From the IMG/VR virus record IMGVR_UViG_3300021431_000101, positions 24,817-88,816 of that record: a DNA stretch of 64,000 nt; one strand, 5' to 3'. Below the pieces are notes generated by a model that was not told the DNA's origin, ran no database searches, and saw nothing but the letters and a program-made list of their open reading frames with translations. Origin of the DNA: a virus (Duplodnaviria; Caudoviricetes). The first letter of the stretch is position 1. Each line of letters opens with the position of its first letter. Both the position numbers and the translations under genes were made by a program. Of this stretch, positions 47,269 through 56,408 are shown in pieces.

Positions 47269-47358
47269 AATTGTAAAAATTTAAAATGTGAATAAATAAA
47301 TTAATTAAATATATATTGCATTATTGCAATCTTTATTAGTTTGACCTATAAGAACAAG

Positions 47359-48276
47359 TTAATTAACTTCTTCAACTATTTCATAATCATCGGGACTAAG
47401 GTCTATATTCTCGACAATCTTCAACTCTGTGGTTTCCATCACACCCATTAACAAGTCAGCACCAATATCTCTAGCACCTAATGTAAATGCTCTGTGACCG
47501 ATAAGGATTTTAGCATATTTGATATAAGTATCTTTACTAAGTAAATCAGCTGCTTTAGCATCCGAAAAACTAAAATGACTTGTTGCAGTCATTTCTATTT
47601 CCTTACCATTAACCACTTTTCTTCTAGTAAACTTATATTCAGTTACAAAATCAATAGGTTGCGCAGCTACTCTAATAACAGGAAATTTACCTTCTTTAGC
47701 AATTTGTATTGCTTGAACTTTATTGATAGCTTTAACACACTTATCGCTTATTTGAAACTCATTATAAAGATTACCTTTCAAATCAGTGTACCATTTAACA
47801 GGATAAACACCTACAGTATCATCTGTTGTTTTGGTTTCTGCTTCTTTACTAGTACGACATTTAACACAATAATCAGGAAGTTGTGTTTCAAGATAAATCG
47901 TGTTACCGTCAGTAAATTGATACTGAGGGGTATAATCTTTAATACACTCCCAAGTTACCCCTGCCCTCAATAACAACGATTTAATGATATGAACATCAAC
48001 ACCAGTCTTACCATTAATAACGTGTATATGTTCAATACACGTTGAAAAAGGTAGTTGCAAATCTTGTGCTCTCATTAGAACTGCAAGTCCATCATTAACA
48101 CTTTTAATACCACCTTTTTCAGAAGATACTATCTTCTTTAGAAATACTTCTGCTTGTGCAAGTTGTTTTTCATCAAGAAGATTAAATACTTTAAGACCAG
48201 CATTAACATCATGTTGTTTTACAACAACTTGTTTGTCATTACTAGCTTTATTAGCTTTAATATCATTCTCAATCAT
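47359..48276 (-). CDS. RecT/ERF-like ssDNA annealing protein
   Basis: AQDLQLPFSTCIEHIHVINGKTGVDVHII and KILIGHRAFTLGARDIGADLLMG. Confidence 0.6.
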   Translation of the reverse strand: MIENDIKANKASNDKQVVVKQHDVNAGLKVFNLLDEKQLAQAEVFLKKIVSSEKGGIKSVNDGLAVLMRAQDLQLPFSTCIEHIHVINGKTGVDVHIIKSLLLRAGVTWECIKDYTPQYQFTDGNTIYLETQLPDYCVKCRTSKEAETKTTDDTVGVYPVKWYTDLKGNLYNEFQISDKCVKAINKVQAIQIAKEGKFPVIRVAAQPIDFVTEYKFTRRKVVNGKEIEMTATSHFSFSDAKAADLLSKDTYIKYAKILIGHRAFTLGARDIGADLLMGVMETTELKIVENIDLSPDDYEIVEEVN

Positions 48277-48306
48277 GTCAAAGAGCTTTATTTATTTTTT
48301 CTAATA

Positions 48307-48338
48307 CAAAGATAGTAATAATTTTTCTAATCTACAAT
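48307..48338 (-). promoter_or_regulatory. possible Bacteroidetes promoter
   Basis: Minus strand ATTG, 20 nt, TATCTTTG, upstream of the RecT-like gene. Confidence 0.45.
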
Positions 48339-49775
48339 AACAAAATCAGAATTATCACTAAAAACTACATTTTTTTGATAATTATTAACAATTTTATGAT
48401 TTTCTGCTACATCTTTATTTAATAACTTTGTTTCCTCCAAAGAACCTTTTATATACAAGGTGTGTAAATTGAGTTGTGAGCCATTAAAATTTATGTGGCT
48501 TAATCTATATAGGTACGACTTAATATCTTCGCATAGAGGCGATGTTATGATGATTCTATCGACACTTATCGACAAGTCTTTATCGGGTGAATTATTTGTG
48601 CATAAAACACGCAAATTGCCATTATTAAATAAAGTCTGGTTTAATGTTTTTTGTGCTTGATACATCATCATTTTTCTTTTACCTTTGTTTACACCACTTT
48701 TATAAACAATAGGATTACCATCAACATCTATAGCAGGTATAGGGTCAACCTTATCGTGATAATTACCACATATTATAGTATCAGACATACTATTAATATA
48801 TTCTGTTACTTTATTAGCAAATTCTCCACGTTTGTTAATTATAAAAATTTTATCATTAGGATTATCATTTACTATCTTTAGTATTTCTTCTAATTTACCA
48901 TTATAATCAGATAATAAATTCGCTCTATTTCTTATTATTTCATAAGTTTGTGTAGCACGTTCACGAATATTATTCGGATTGTATAAAGCATCTATTTGAA
49001 TATTAAGTTCAACACTCATATCAAGATGGTCATTCCAACCATTTTCTTGTGCAATCTGATTACATATTTGAGTGGCAGATACATTATATTCACTATTACC
49101 TAATCTAGTTTGTTTAATAATATCAAAACTTCCAAATATATTTAATGATGTTGTAATATAATCATTATAATATTTAAGTAGTTTTCCTTCTTCAGTATTT
49201 TCAGGAATAGTGATACCAATCCACACATCTTCTATAGGGGTGCTAGTGCGAATCTCATCTATTTCGTTTTGTTTAAAATCTGGTAAAATAGGAGAATGTT
49301 TATACAATATATCTAATCTGTTTACATCTTTTATAGAATTAAGTATAAATAAATTAAATTTAGCTTGATTAAGTAGTTTTTCAACATATTGGTTTATATC
49401 TGTTACATGATAAAATATAACAAGATGTGGATTCCATATCCATTTTATCCAACCACTTATAGAATCAGCAAGATTAATAGTTACAATTTTAAGAGTTTTA
49501 TTACTAATAAGTTTTTTAAACTCTTTATTGTTTTCTTCATCATCTTGTGTTGTTATATATTCTATTAAATCAAGCCTTTCATTGTATGTACTTGTAAAAA
49601 TAACAACAATAGCTGTAGGAGAACGAGATAGTACTCGTTGTAGAACTCCTAATACGATAGCTTTATCATTAAAGTTTTTAGGTATAAGAGCAGTACCTTT
49701 ACCTTTAGCATCTCTCCAATGATTCATAGCTTCGTTAAATAATTCTTCAACTTTGTTCATAATCATCTTCATCAA
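48327..49775 (-). CDS. SF2 helicase-like protein with degenerate Walker motifs
   Basis: Layout AMNHW..KGKGTALIP / KIFII / LRVLCT / ISVDRIII matches phage DExH helicases, but GKT and DExH are absent. Confidence 0.6.
   Translation of the reverse strand: MMKMIMNKVEELFNEAMNHWRDAKGKGTALIPKNFNDKAIVLGVLQRVLSRSPTAIVVIFTSTYNERLDLIEYITTQDDEENNKEFKKLISNKTLKIVTINLADSISGWIKWIWNPHLVIFYHVTDINQYVEKLLNQAKFNLFILNSIKDVNRLDILYKHSPILPDFKQNEIDEIRTSTPIEDVWIGITIPENTEEGKLLKYYNDYITTSLNIFGSFDIIKQTRLGNSEYNVSATQICNQIAQENGWNDHLDMSVELNIQIDALYNPNNIRERATQTYEIIRNRANLLSDYNGKLEEILKIVNDNPNDKIFIINKRGEFANKVTEYINSMSDTIICGNYHDKVDPIPAIDVDGNPIVYKSGVNKGKRKMMMYQAQKTLNQTLFNNGNLRVLCTNNSPDKDLSISVDRIIITSPLCEDIKSYLYRLSHINFNGSQLNLHTLYIKGSLEETKLLNKDVAENHKIVNNYQKNVVFSDNSDFVIVD
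49225..49243 (+). repeat. G-motif variant (CTATAGGGG class)
   Basis: ACATCTTCTATAGGGGTGC. Confidence 0.65.
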
Positions 49776-52071
49776 ATAAATTTAAATATTGTCTTGCATG
49801 TTTTTTAATAGCACATTTACCACTAATAAGTTTATTTTTAGGGTCTGCTTTCATATTAGGTGATATACCTAATTTAATAGGGTCTATAATTTTATAACAT
49901 TCTTCATAATAATATTTATAATCAATATCTCTTAGTTCTATAGGCTTATCGTCAAGAGAATTTAATATTTGAACAGGTAGACCAGAAGCTAATCTACTAC
50001 GAGCGTGAGTAATATTATGTTCTTTTTGTAATATAACACCTTTTGTAGAAACATAAAATCGTACATGACGTTGACTATATTTAGTTTCAATTTTACCATT
50101 ATTCACAATATTATATACAACATTAAACTGTCTACCTATATTCTGTGTTTTACAAAAATCTAAAATATCTTTATGATTTCGTAAAGTTTCCATTATAGGC
50201 GTATTATGTACAAAATAATTAAATACAGCTATAGCAACAATAGGCATATCATAACCTTTCTTCAATTCTTTTAAATATTGTTTTGGGTCTAATGCACCTT
50301 TGTATTCAATAGTACCATCTTTTTGTATATCAAAATAATTATTTACATCTCTTGAAACAATAGAATCGTATATTTCATAATCAGCACCCATTTTGTTTGT
50401 TTCATTCCATCTATCAGTAATATCTTTATAGACATCAAATTTATCTTTAGGTAATTTAATAACGATACCATCAGTATTTGCAGATACTACATGAATACCA
50501 TTAAGTTCTAATTCTTCTATAAGTGTCATAGTCATTAATTGACCATTTATAGTAACTTGCATTTGTGCAAATCTATCATATAGAAAAAAGACATCGCTAC
50601 CTAATTTACCGTAAATAGAATTAATAACAATTTTAAGTGCTTCTGCTGCAATTTTATTAGGAACACCATCAATTACTAATCTTTCACTATCCTTAGTATG
50701 TTTACATTCTACACGAGTTTCCTTCATAAACTTTATCATTTTTATGAAAGCTCTCTTATTTAAATGTTTAGGACATATTTCATAAGAAACCATAATACTT
50801 GGATAATATGAAGTATAATCATGATGTAAATAAATAAAATTATCATCAGATTTACATATACGAGGAGGGTCTACACTATGTATTCCACCAGTAGCTAAAG
50901 TATATGTTGTACCATAAAATTTAACAGTTTTATTAAAACTGTCTTTATTAGTATGATAAATATATACTTTCTTTATTTCTGACAACATTTGTTGCAATTC
51001 TTTTGTTTTGAATTGGATGTGTGGAAATATAATCTTATCAAAACTAAGTCTTGTTCTTTCAGTTCTACCTTTTATAAATTGGTCTTTTCTAAGACCACTC
51101 ATATCAGAATAAAACTTAACAGTAAGTTTATCAGCAATATTAGCTCTAGCACTACATAGTACATTTATACCAAAAGCATGAGTAATACTATATCTAAGTT
51201 TAATTTCATCAGGCTTTTGTCTTACCATTTCACATACAATAAAAACGTCATTCTTATTGTAATATAGCATTGGTTCAACATATTTAGGTAAAATGTATCT
51301 CTCAAAATCATTAGTTATAAGTTTATTAAGAGAATTTAAATCAATACCTTTATAATTATCAAGTTTAGACCAATAAAGTCGATATTCCTCTTCCTCTATG
51401 GGGGGTATCACAAAATCTAATAACTCATGCCATTTAAGATTAATAGAAGTTTGTTTAAGAGATTTACCAAACTTTTGTCTTTCACCAGAATCTTTATTTA
51501 TTTGAACACTAGCAGAATGTAAACTGTGTATTCTTTGAACATCTACAGTTGCATAAGGTAAACGATATTGACGAATTAATTCAAGTTCTTTATCTTCATA
51601 AAATGCAGTTTTGTCTTGTTGTAGTTTTATAATCTTATCATTTATTTCTTTAAGTTTTTTAAGAAGGTATTTTGTATTATCAAAACGATTAAAATACATC
51701 ATAAATGCTTTAACCATTAAATCATCATAACCTTGATTATTAAAACCAAATAAATCATATCTTATAGGAATTTGAGATACACAACCATCATCATCTGTTT
51801 TAGTTTCGTATCTCGCCTGCATATTATTTATATAAGCTACTAAAGATAATAATTGGTCATCATTAGTATCAGATATATAAAATATATCACATTGAATTTT
51901 ATCTAATCGTTCTTTTATTTCTGCTACAGAAAGTTTTTCTGTTAATGCTATAGGATGTCCTTTTTCATCAACACAATCGGCAAATGTATTTAGATAATCT
52001 TTTAAATCAACAAATGTTATACTGAAAAGATTAATAAAACATTCAACATCCATTGCTTTAGATATTATCAT
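49747..52071 (-). CDS. polB: DNA polymerase family B
   Basis: Exo I MDVEC, motif A HDYTSYYPS, motif B KIVINSIYGKLG, motif C SANTDGI. Confidence 0.92.
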   Translation of the reverse strand: MIISKAMDVECFINLFSITFVDLKDYLNTFADCVDEKGHPIALTEKLSVAEIKERLDKIQCDIFYISDTNDDQLLSLVAYINNMQARYETKTDDDGCVSQIPIRYDLFGFNNQGYDDLMVKAFMMYFNRFDNTKYLLKKLKEINDKIIKLQQDKTAFYEDKELELIRQYRLPYATVDVQRIHSLHSASVQINKDSGERQKFGKSLKQTSINLKWHELLDFVIPPIEEEEYRLYWSKLDNYKGIDLNSLNKLITNDFERYILPKYVEPMLYYNKNDVFIVCEMVRQKPDEIKLRYSITHAFGINVLCSARANIADKLTVKFYSDMSGLRKDQFIKGRTERTRLSFDKIIFPHIQFKTKELQQMLSEIKKVYIYHTNKDSFNKTVKFYGTTYTLATGGIHSVDPPRICKSDDNFIYLHHDYTSYYPSIMVSYEICPKHLNKRAFIKMIKFMKETRVECKHTKDSERLVIDGVPNKIAAEALKIVINSIYGKLGSDVFFLYDRFAQMQVTINGQLMTMTLIEELELNGIHVVSANTDGIVIKLPKDKFDVYKDITDRWNETNKMGADYEIYDSIVSRDVNNYFDIQKDGTIEYKGALDPKQYLKELKKGYDMPIVAIAVFNYFVHNTPIMETLRNHKDILDFCKTQNIGRQFNVVYNIVNNGKIETKYSQRHVRFYVSTKGVILQKEHNITHARSRLASGLPVQILNSLDDKPIELRDIDYKYYYEECYKIIDPIKLGISPNMKADPKNKLISGKCAIKKHARQYLNLFDEDDYEQS
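51389..51406 (+). repeat. G5 motif variant
   Basis: TCTTCCTCTATGGGGGGT, antisense in polB (IPPIEEE). Confidence 0.65.
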
Positions 52072-52637
52072 ATATAAGTCACTTCATAATTACGTACTAT
52101 ATTGTTATCAATAATGTTATTATACCAATTAACTAAATGCTTTTGAAATACATCAAATAAATTAACATTTACTAGTTTAACCAAAGGAGAATAATTTACA
52201 GCATATCTTATACCTTTTTTACTTATAAATATATTATTAAGATATTCACCTGGATTGATACCGAGAAATCTTCTACAAGCATTACCTAATAAAAGAATAT
52301 CATGAAACTTATAAGTTCTAACATCATTTGCCAAAAAATGTAAACATTTATTATAAGTAATTTCATCTATTGGACAACTGATAGTTTCATTACAACGTAT
52401 GAGAGGAACTATATATAGCTTTTCTAATATATCGTTTTGCTCTTCCTCCCCCGTAGAGAAGATGTGCTGTATGATTTCAATTTGCTCACTAAAACTTAAA
52501 CTACCTTTTTTATAAGCACTATAATCTACATTAGGTATCACAATACATATTCCATTCCACGGATTGCCAACACCTTGTAGATTATAATGTTTAGTGTTAT
52601 ATAGTTTTAATGCACAATCATCACAAATATTGTTCAT
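52068..52637 (-). CDS. family-4 uracil-DNA glycosylase-like protein (Fe-S), catalytic motifs degenerate
   Basis: C5-x2-C8...C82-x15-C98, QGVGNP, ILLLGN. No GE(A/G)PG or HP motif. Confidence 0.65.
   Translation of the reverse strand: MNNICDDCALKLYNTKHYNLQGVGNPWNGICIVIPNVDYSAYKKGSLSFSEQIEIIQHIFSTGEEEQNDILEKLYIVPLIRCNETISCPIDEITYNKCLHFLANDVRTYKFHDILLLGNACRRFLGINPGEYLNNIFISKKGIRYAVNYSPLVKLVNVNLFDVFQKHLVNWYNNIIDNNIVRNYEVTYI
52445..52465 (-). repeat. G5 motif copy
   Basis: Minus strand ACATCTTCTCTACGGGGGAGG, read as HIFSTGE. Confidence 0.88.
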
Positions 52638-54100
52638 TTACCGAATCTTAAATAAAGTTTGTTTCTACATCTACTACAAGCAGTATATAGAGTACGATTA
52701 ACTTGTTTTATTTCAGCTCTTACATGACCCAATCTATCAAAGACTATATCATTTACATCAACAAATACTGTATCAAATGTAGAACCTTGTGCTTTATGAG
52801 TAGTTAATGAAAAACCATAATCTAAATTTCTACTATAAAGTATAGTTCTACCATCTGATTTAAATATATTTGTTAATAGTAAACAAGTTTCTTTAAACTG
52901 AAAATAGTCTCTCCATTTTTGCGCTCTAATTTTACTATTTGCAGTTTTAGCAGTATTAATCAATTCGTTACTAATATTTATATATTTCTGAATTGTAAAC
53001 TTATCTGTATGGTCAATTATAAATAAAGGAGTAGTAATATGACCACCATGTATAGCCACAAACTTCACAAGAAAACCTTTAAGTTCATATTTTGGATGAA
53101 CATAATTAACTATATCTTTGATAATATACTCTTCAGAATTTTTAATAATAGCTTCATTGAATTGATTTATAAGAGTGTTATAACTTAAAATCAAATCATG
53201 TTGAGTTAATATAGATTTATCACAATCTTTGATTATAGCTTGTCTTATATATTTATTCCAACCAGAAACAACTGAATTAGTATAAGCAATAATCTTAGCA
53301 TAATCTACATTTTTAGTTAATTTCTCATCATTGAAATAAGTTAAAACATTTTGTTCAAATTCTTGTTTATTACAAACATAATAACCTTTTGTATAATCAG
53401 AATTAAACTTAATTTTATTTTTAGAAATATAAGTTAAAAATGTAGTAGAATTGTGTTCTATATCATATCTTAACATAAGCAAAAGTTCAGATACTGGATT
53501 ATCATCACCTTGTCTTACAATTTGACTAAGTTTAGATACTTTTATACCTTTAAGAGCAGGACTATAATTTTCATTTATTGGTGGTAATTGAAATTCATCA
53601 CCTATATAGATAATTTTACATTTATTTGTTTTACATATCTTTTCAAGAAAAGTTTGTAAATTTCTATTAATCATAGATGATTCATCTACAATATAAACTT
53701 TAAAATCACCAATTTTAATACGTCCTTTAGGGTCATAAGGAGGATTAGTAATATCAAACTTTTCAACATCAAAATTAAGTTTTAAACCTAAATCAGATTG
53801 TAAACTATTTATTTTAACATTAGGAAGTTTAATACTTTCATTCAAAACTCTACAAGCTTTATGTGTAGGAGCAGAAAGACCAATAGCAGAATATGTTAAA
53901 TTACAATTTTTAATAAGAGCTTTTACAAGATATGTTTTACCTGTACCAGCTGGTCCTATTAAAGCTCTTTTATAATCAGATTCATTATAATCTTTATTTA
54001 TAAAATCAAGTAATTCATTATATGCTTTTAATTGGTCTTCTGTAAATCCTAATATACTAACAGCATCTTTGCCATTAGCAACTGACATTGTTACATTCAT
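52634..54100 (-). CDS. dda: Dda/RecD-like SF1B helicase
   Basis: GPAGTGKT, SAPTHKA, IVDESSMI, IGDEFQLPP, QIVRQ, THKAQGSTF, YTACSR. Confidence 0.9.
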   Translation of the reverse strand: MNVTMSVANGKDAVSILGFTEDQLKAYNELLDFINKDYNESDYKRALIGPAGTGKTYLVKALIKNCNLTYSAIGLSAPTHKACRVLNESIKLPNVKINSLQSDLGLKLNFDVEKFDITNPPYDPKGRIKIGDFKVYIVDESSMINRNLQTFLEKICKTNKCKIIYIGDEFQLPPINENYSPALKGIKVSKLSQIVRQGDDNPVSELLLMLRYDIEHNSTTFLTYISKNKIKFNSDYTKGYYVCNKQEFEQNVLTYFNDEKLTKNVDYAKIIAYTNSVVSGWNKYIRQAIIKDCDKSILTQHDLILSYNTLINQFNEAIIKNSEEYIIKDIVNYVHPKYELKGFLVKFVAIHGGHITTPLFIIDHTDKFTIQKYINISNELINTAKTANSKIRAQKWRDYFQFKETCLLLTNIFKSDGRTILYSRNLDYGFSLTTHKAQGSTFDTVFVDVNDIVFDRLGHVRAEIKQVNRTLYTACSRCRNKLYLRFGK

Positions 54101-54539
54101 TTTTCATTTGTTCTTTATTAAAAACATTAGCATTAGTGAAACATTCAGTTATATCAAAATAATGTTTTTTATCTTTTTCGATAACATAATCACCATAAAC
54201 AAAATTATCTCTTAAAGGAGTATAAACGCTATCAATACCTGGATGTAACTTAGCTAATGTTTTATCTCTTAAAATAGTAACAATTCTACCGTCTTTATCA
54301 GGCTTTTTAGTGAATATTTTAGTTTTACCTTTAAGTGAATAACTTTCTTCAGTAAATGGTATTACTAATGTTTTTGTTTCTTCATCATCATCTCTATTTA
54401 ATTGAATACGAGCAACAAAACCTTCTTCTTCTAAAGCACATACACAATAAGTATATTTACTTTTCTTTATTTTGGAAGTAGTTTTATGCTTTGGTTTATC
54501 TACAGTTTTAAATTTAAAATTAAATTTTGTATTAATCAT
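54075..54539 (-). CDS. hypothetical protein
   Basis: 154-aa ORF with operon overlap. Confidence 0.65.
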   Translation of the reverse strand: MINTKFNFKFKTVDKPKHKTTSKIKKSKYTYCVCALEEEGFVARIQLNRDDDEETKTLVIPFTEESYSLKGKTKIFTKKPDKDGRIVTILRDKTLAKLHPGIDSVYTPLRDNFVYGDYVIEKDKKHYFDITECFTNANVFNKEQMKNECNNVSC

Positions 54540-54814
54540 CGTTTATTCTTTTTATTAGTAAGTTTTGGTTCTTTAGCTTTCTTTTTAAGTTCTCTACTTT
54601 TAGGTTTATCTTCATTACTTCTAAAATTACCAGAAGAAACAGAGTTATCCCATATAAAATGATAACCACAATAATGAGTAAGATAATCAATTCTACCCCA
54701 CATTCTAATACCTATAAGTGTAGACTTAGATGCTTTAAGAGTTTTACTACCAATACTTACTTTACCAATACGAGAAAATAATCTCAAATCTTTGTTTTCG
54801 TCATGTTTTGTCAT
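54536..54814 (-). CDS. hypothetical basic protein
   Basis: 92-aa ORF with ATGA overlap. Confidence 0.65.
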   Translation of the reverse strand: MTKHDENKDLRLFSRIGKVSIGSKTLKASKSTLIGIRMWGRIDYLTHYCGYHFIWDNSVSSGNFRSNEDKPKSRELKKKAKEPKLTNKKNKR

Positions 54815-54955
54815 TTTACAACAAATTTTAAATGATTAATAAATTAATTAAGTTTTATATTTTCTACTACCCATTTATCATGTGCAGTACCAACACCTTT
54901 CTTTATTTTATACATAGATTGTTTAACTATATTAGTTAAACAATCTTCTATCACT

Positions 54956-55189
54956 TTACTTGTTATTTTCATTATTTTTAGTTAATTTTCTATATAATTT
55001 ATATAACTCTTCTTCGGAATATTTATTCCAACTTTCACTATTTGTATTATTCCATTGAAAACTATCAACAAAACCACCTATATAATTACCAAGTCCTATA
55101 TTCTTTAATTCAAAGATTGTTTTGTAATCAAAAATTTCTATACCTCTAAGTAAGTGTATAATATCTTTTTTAGACAATTTTATATTCAT
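54956..55189 (-). CDS. hypothetical protein
   Basis: 77-aa ORF. Confidence 0.6.
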   Translation of the reverse strand: MNIKLSKKDIIHLLRGIEIFDYKTIFELKNIGLGNYIGGFVDSFQWNNTNSESWNKYSEEELYKLYRKLTKNNENNK

Positions 55190-56055
55190 AGTTTTTCATC
55201 TTTCTCTAATCTATTAAGTTCTTTAGTTTCTGGATTCCAAACCCAACCAAGAAGATTCATTTCATTAAACAATGTTTGACGTTCTTCTTTAGTTGCAGGT
55301 TTTATATTATGATTATAACACCAATTGTTTTTATTATATACAATAACAAAATTGTTATTAATATCAAGTCCGCAATAAGCGCCAACACTAAATGTGTCAA
55401 AGTTACCATTGTAAATAAAAGCTTTATTATCAGGTGATGTAAGTATGTCACCATTTTTGGCATCAGTAATAGACCAATGTCTTATATCATTAGGACTAAG
55501 CCATGTTCCACAGTCAAACCAACATCTTTTATCCAAATCAATTTTAGTAATTTGAGCAAATTTGTTACCTTTACAGAAATTTTTGTTATTACATTTAACT
55601 ACCCAATCACCAACTTTGAACTTAGGTTCAACCTTATCAGTAGGTTTCTGCTCACCTTGATTTTCAAGTCCTTCTCTAATTATATTATACATTTCCTCGT
55701 ACGTTGGAAATATACCATTTGCGTCAATAGGATAACCTTTATTTATAAGGAATACCTTTGCTTTTGTTTCGTCAGATTCAGAATATTTTTCAAGCCAAAC
55801 AAGTGAATCTCGTAATTTTTTTAGTGTTATTCTATCATTATCCCTAATATCCATAGACAGACATTTTACCTCTTCTGAAATATAGTTTTTTAACCAAGTT
55901 AACACATCCTCACTCTCTTTAATTTCGGGAAAGAGACATTCACATACAGTGTCACCACTTGGCATATCTATATGTTTACCACTATTTAACGCTCTTGCTT
56001 TTTTAATGGCTTCATCATAGCGTTTTGCTTTTTGTTCTATTGTTAGTTCTTCCAT
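55186..56055 (-). CDS. modular hypothetical protein (PKFKVGDW / DAKxGD / PATKEE modules)
   Basis: 289 aa, shares its C-terminal module with 56409..57449. Confidence 0.75.
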   Translation of the reverse strand: MEELTIEQKAKRYDEAIKKARALNSGKHIDMPSGDTVCECLFPEIKESEDVLTWLKNYISEEVKCLSMDIRDNDRITLKKLRDSLVWLEKYSESDETKAKVFLINKGYPIDANGIFPTYEEMYNIIREGLENQGEQKPTDKVEPKFKVGDWVVKCNNKNFCKGNKFAQITKIDLDKRCWFDCGTWLSPNDIRHWSITDAKNGDILTSPDNKAFIYNGNFDTFSVGAYCGLDINNNFVIVYNKNNWCYNHNIKPATKEERQTLFNEMNLLGWVWNPETKELNRLEKDEKL

Positions 56056-56168
56056 AATTTATCTAATATTTTAACACAAAATTTCATAATCATTGTCATA
56101 CTAAAAAGGAATGTTACTGTAATTATAACAAAAATTCCAATTAGTATATTCACAATTATTATATTCAT
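56043..56168 (-). CDS. 41-aa membrane peptide (not in ORF track)
   Basis: Hand-translated MNIIIVNILIGIFVIITVTFLFSMTMIMKFCVKILDKLWKN. Confidence 0.5.
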   Translation of the reverse strand: MNIIIVNILIGIFVIITVTFLFSMTMIMKFCVKILDKLWKN

Positions 56169-56170
56169 AA

Positions 56171-56260
56171 TTATACTAAGTTAGTTAATACATATTTTAT
56201 TGTATTATCACAACTAACTATTGCTAATATTGTGAGCATCAATGATATTATCTTTTTCAT
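56171..56260 (-). CDS. 29-aa micro-lipoprotein (not in ORF track)
   Basis: Hand-translated MKKIISLMLTILAIVSCDNTIKYVLTNLV: KK, hydrophobic core, IVSC lipobox. Confidence 0.5.
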   Translation of the reverse strand: MKKIISLMLTILAIVSCDNTIKYVLTNLV

Positions 56261-56280
56261 AAACTATTAACAATTTTAGT

Positions 56281-56314
56281 ATGGGGAGCGTTGGTGGGAA
56301 ATGTCGCTCCCCAT
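56281..56314 (-). other. GC-rich hairpin in a structured intergenic leader
   Basis: ATGGGGAGCG / CGCTCCCCAT perfect 10-bp stem. Confidence 0.7.
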
Positions 56315-56408
56315 GATGTTCTTTACTCGTCAGTGTATGCGTGTAACAACTCCCTAATTACATAGCATAACTGTAAGTTTTACCAATTAAATTATGAGAG
56401 TTATTAAT

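Noticed and set aside
46735-47295. 186-aa plus-strand ORF (also 62572..62931, 62256..62648, 36-kb and 55-kb antisense ORFs)
   Set aside because: Antisense shadows of real minus-strand genes, with no motifs or start context.
21138-52071. Inteins, group I introns or homing endonucleases in RNAP, polB, ligase or helicase
   Set aside because: No C/S...HN intein ends, LAGLIDADG/HNH motifs or split reading frames were recognised.
2534-52465. G5 motif as Chi/KOPS-like polar signal, gene-start promoter or SD
   Set aside because: Both orientations occur within each arm and most copies are deep inside CDSs.
56281-56400. Hammerhead ribozyme suggested by CTGACGAG on the minus strand
   Set aside because: No closable stem II and no GAAA with a matching stem III follow (the sequence is GTAAAGAAC). 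Kept only as a structured leader.
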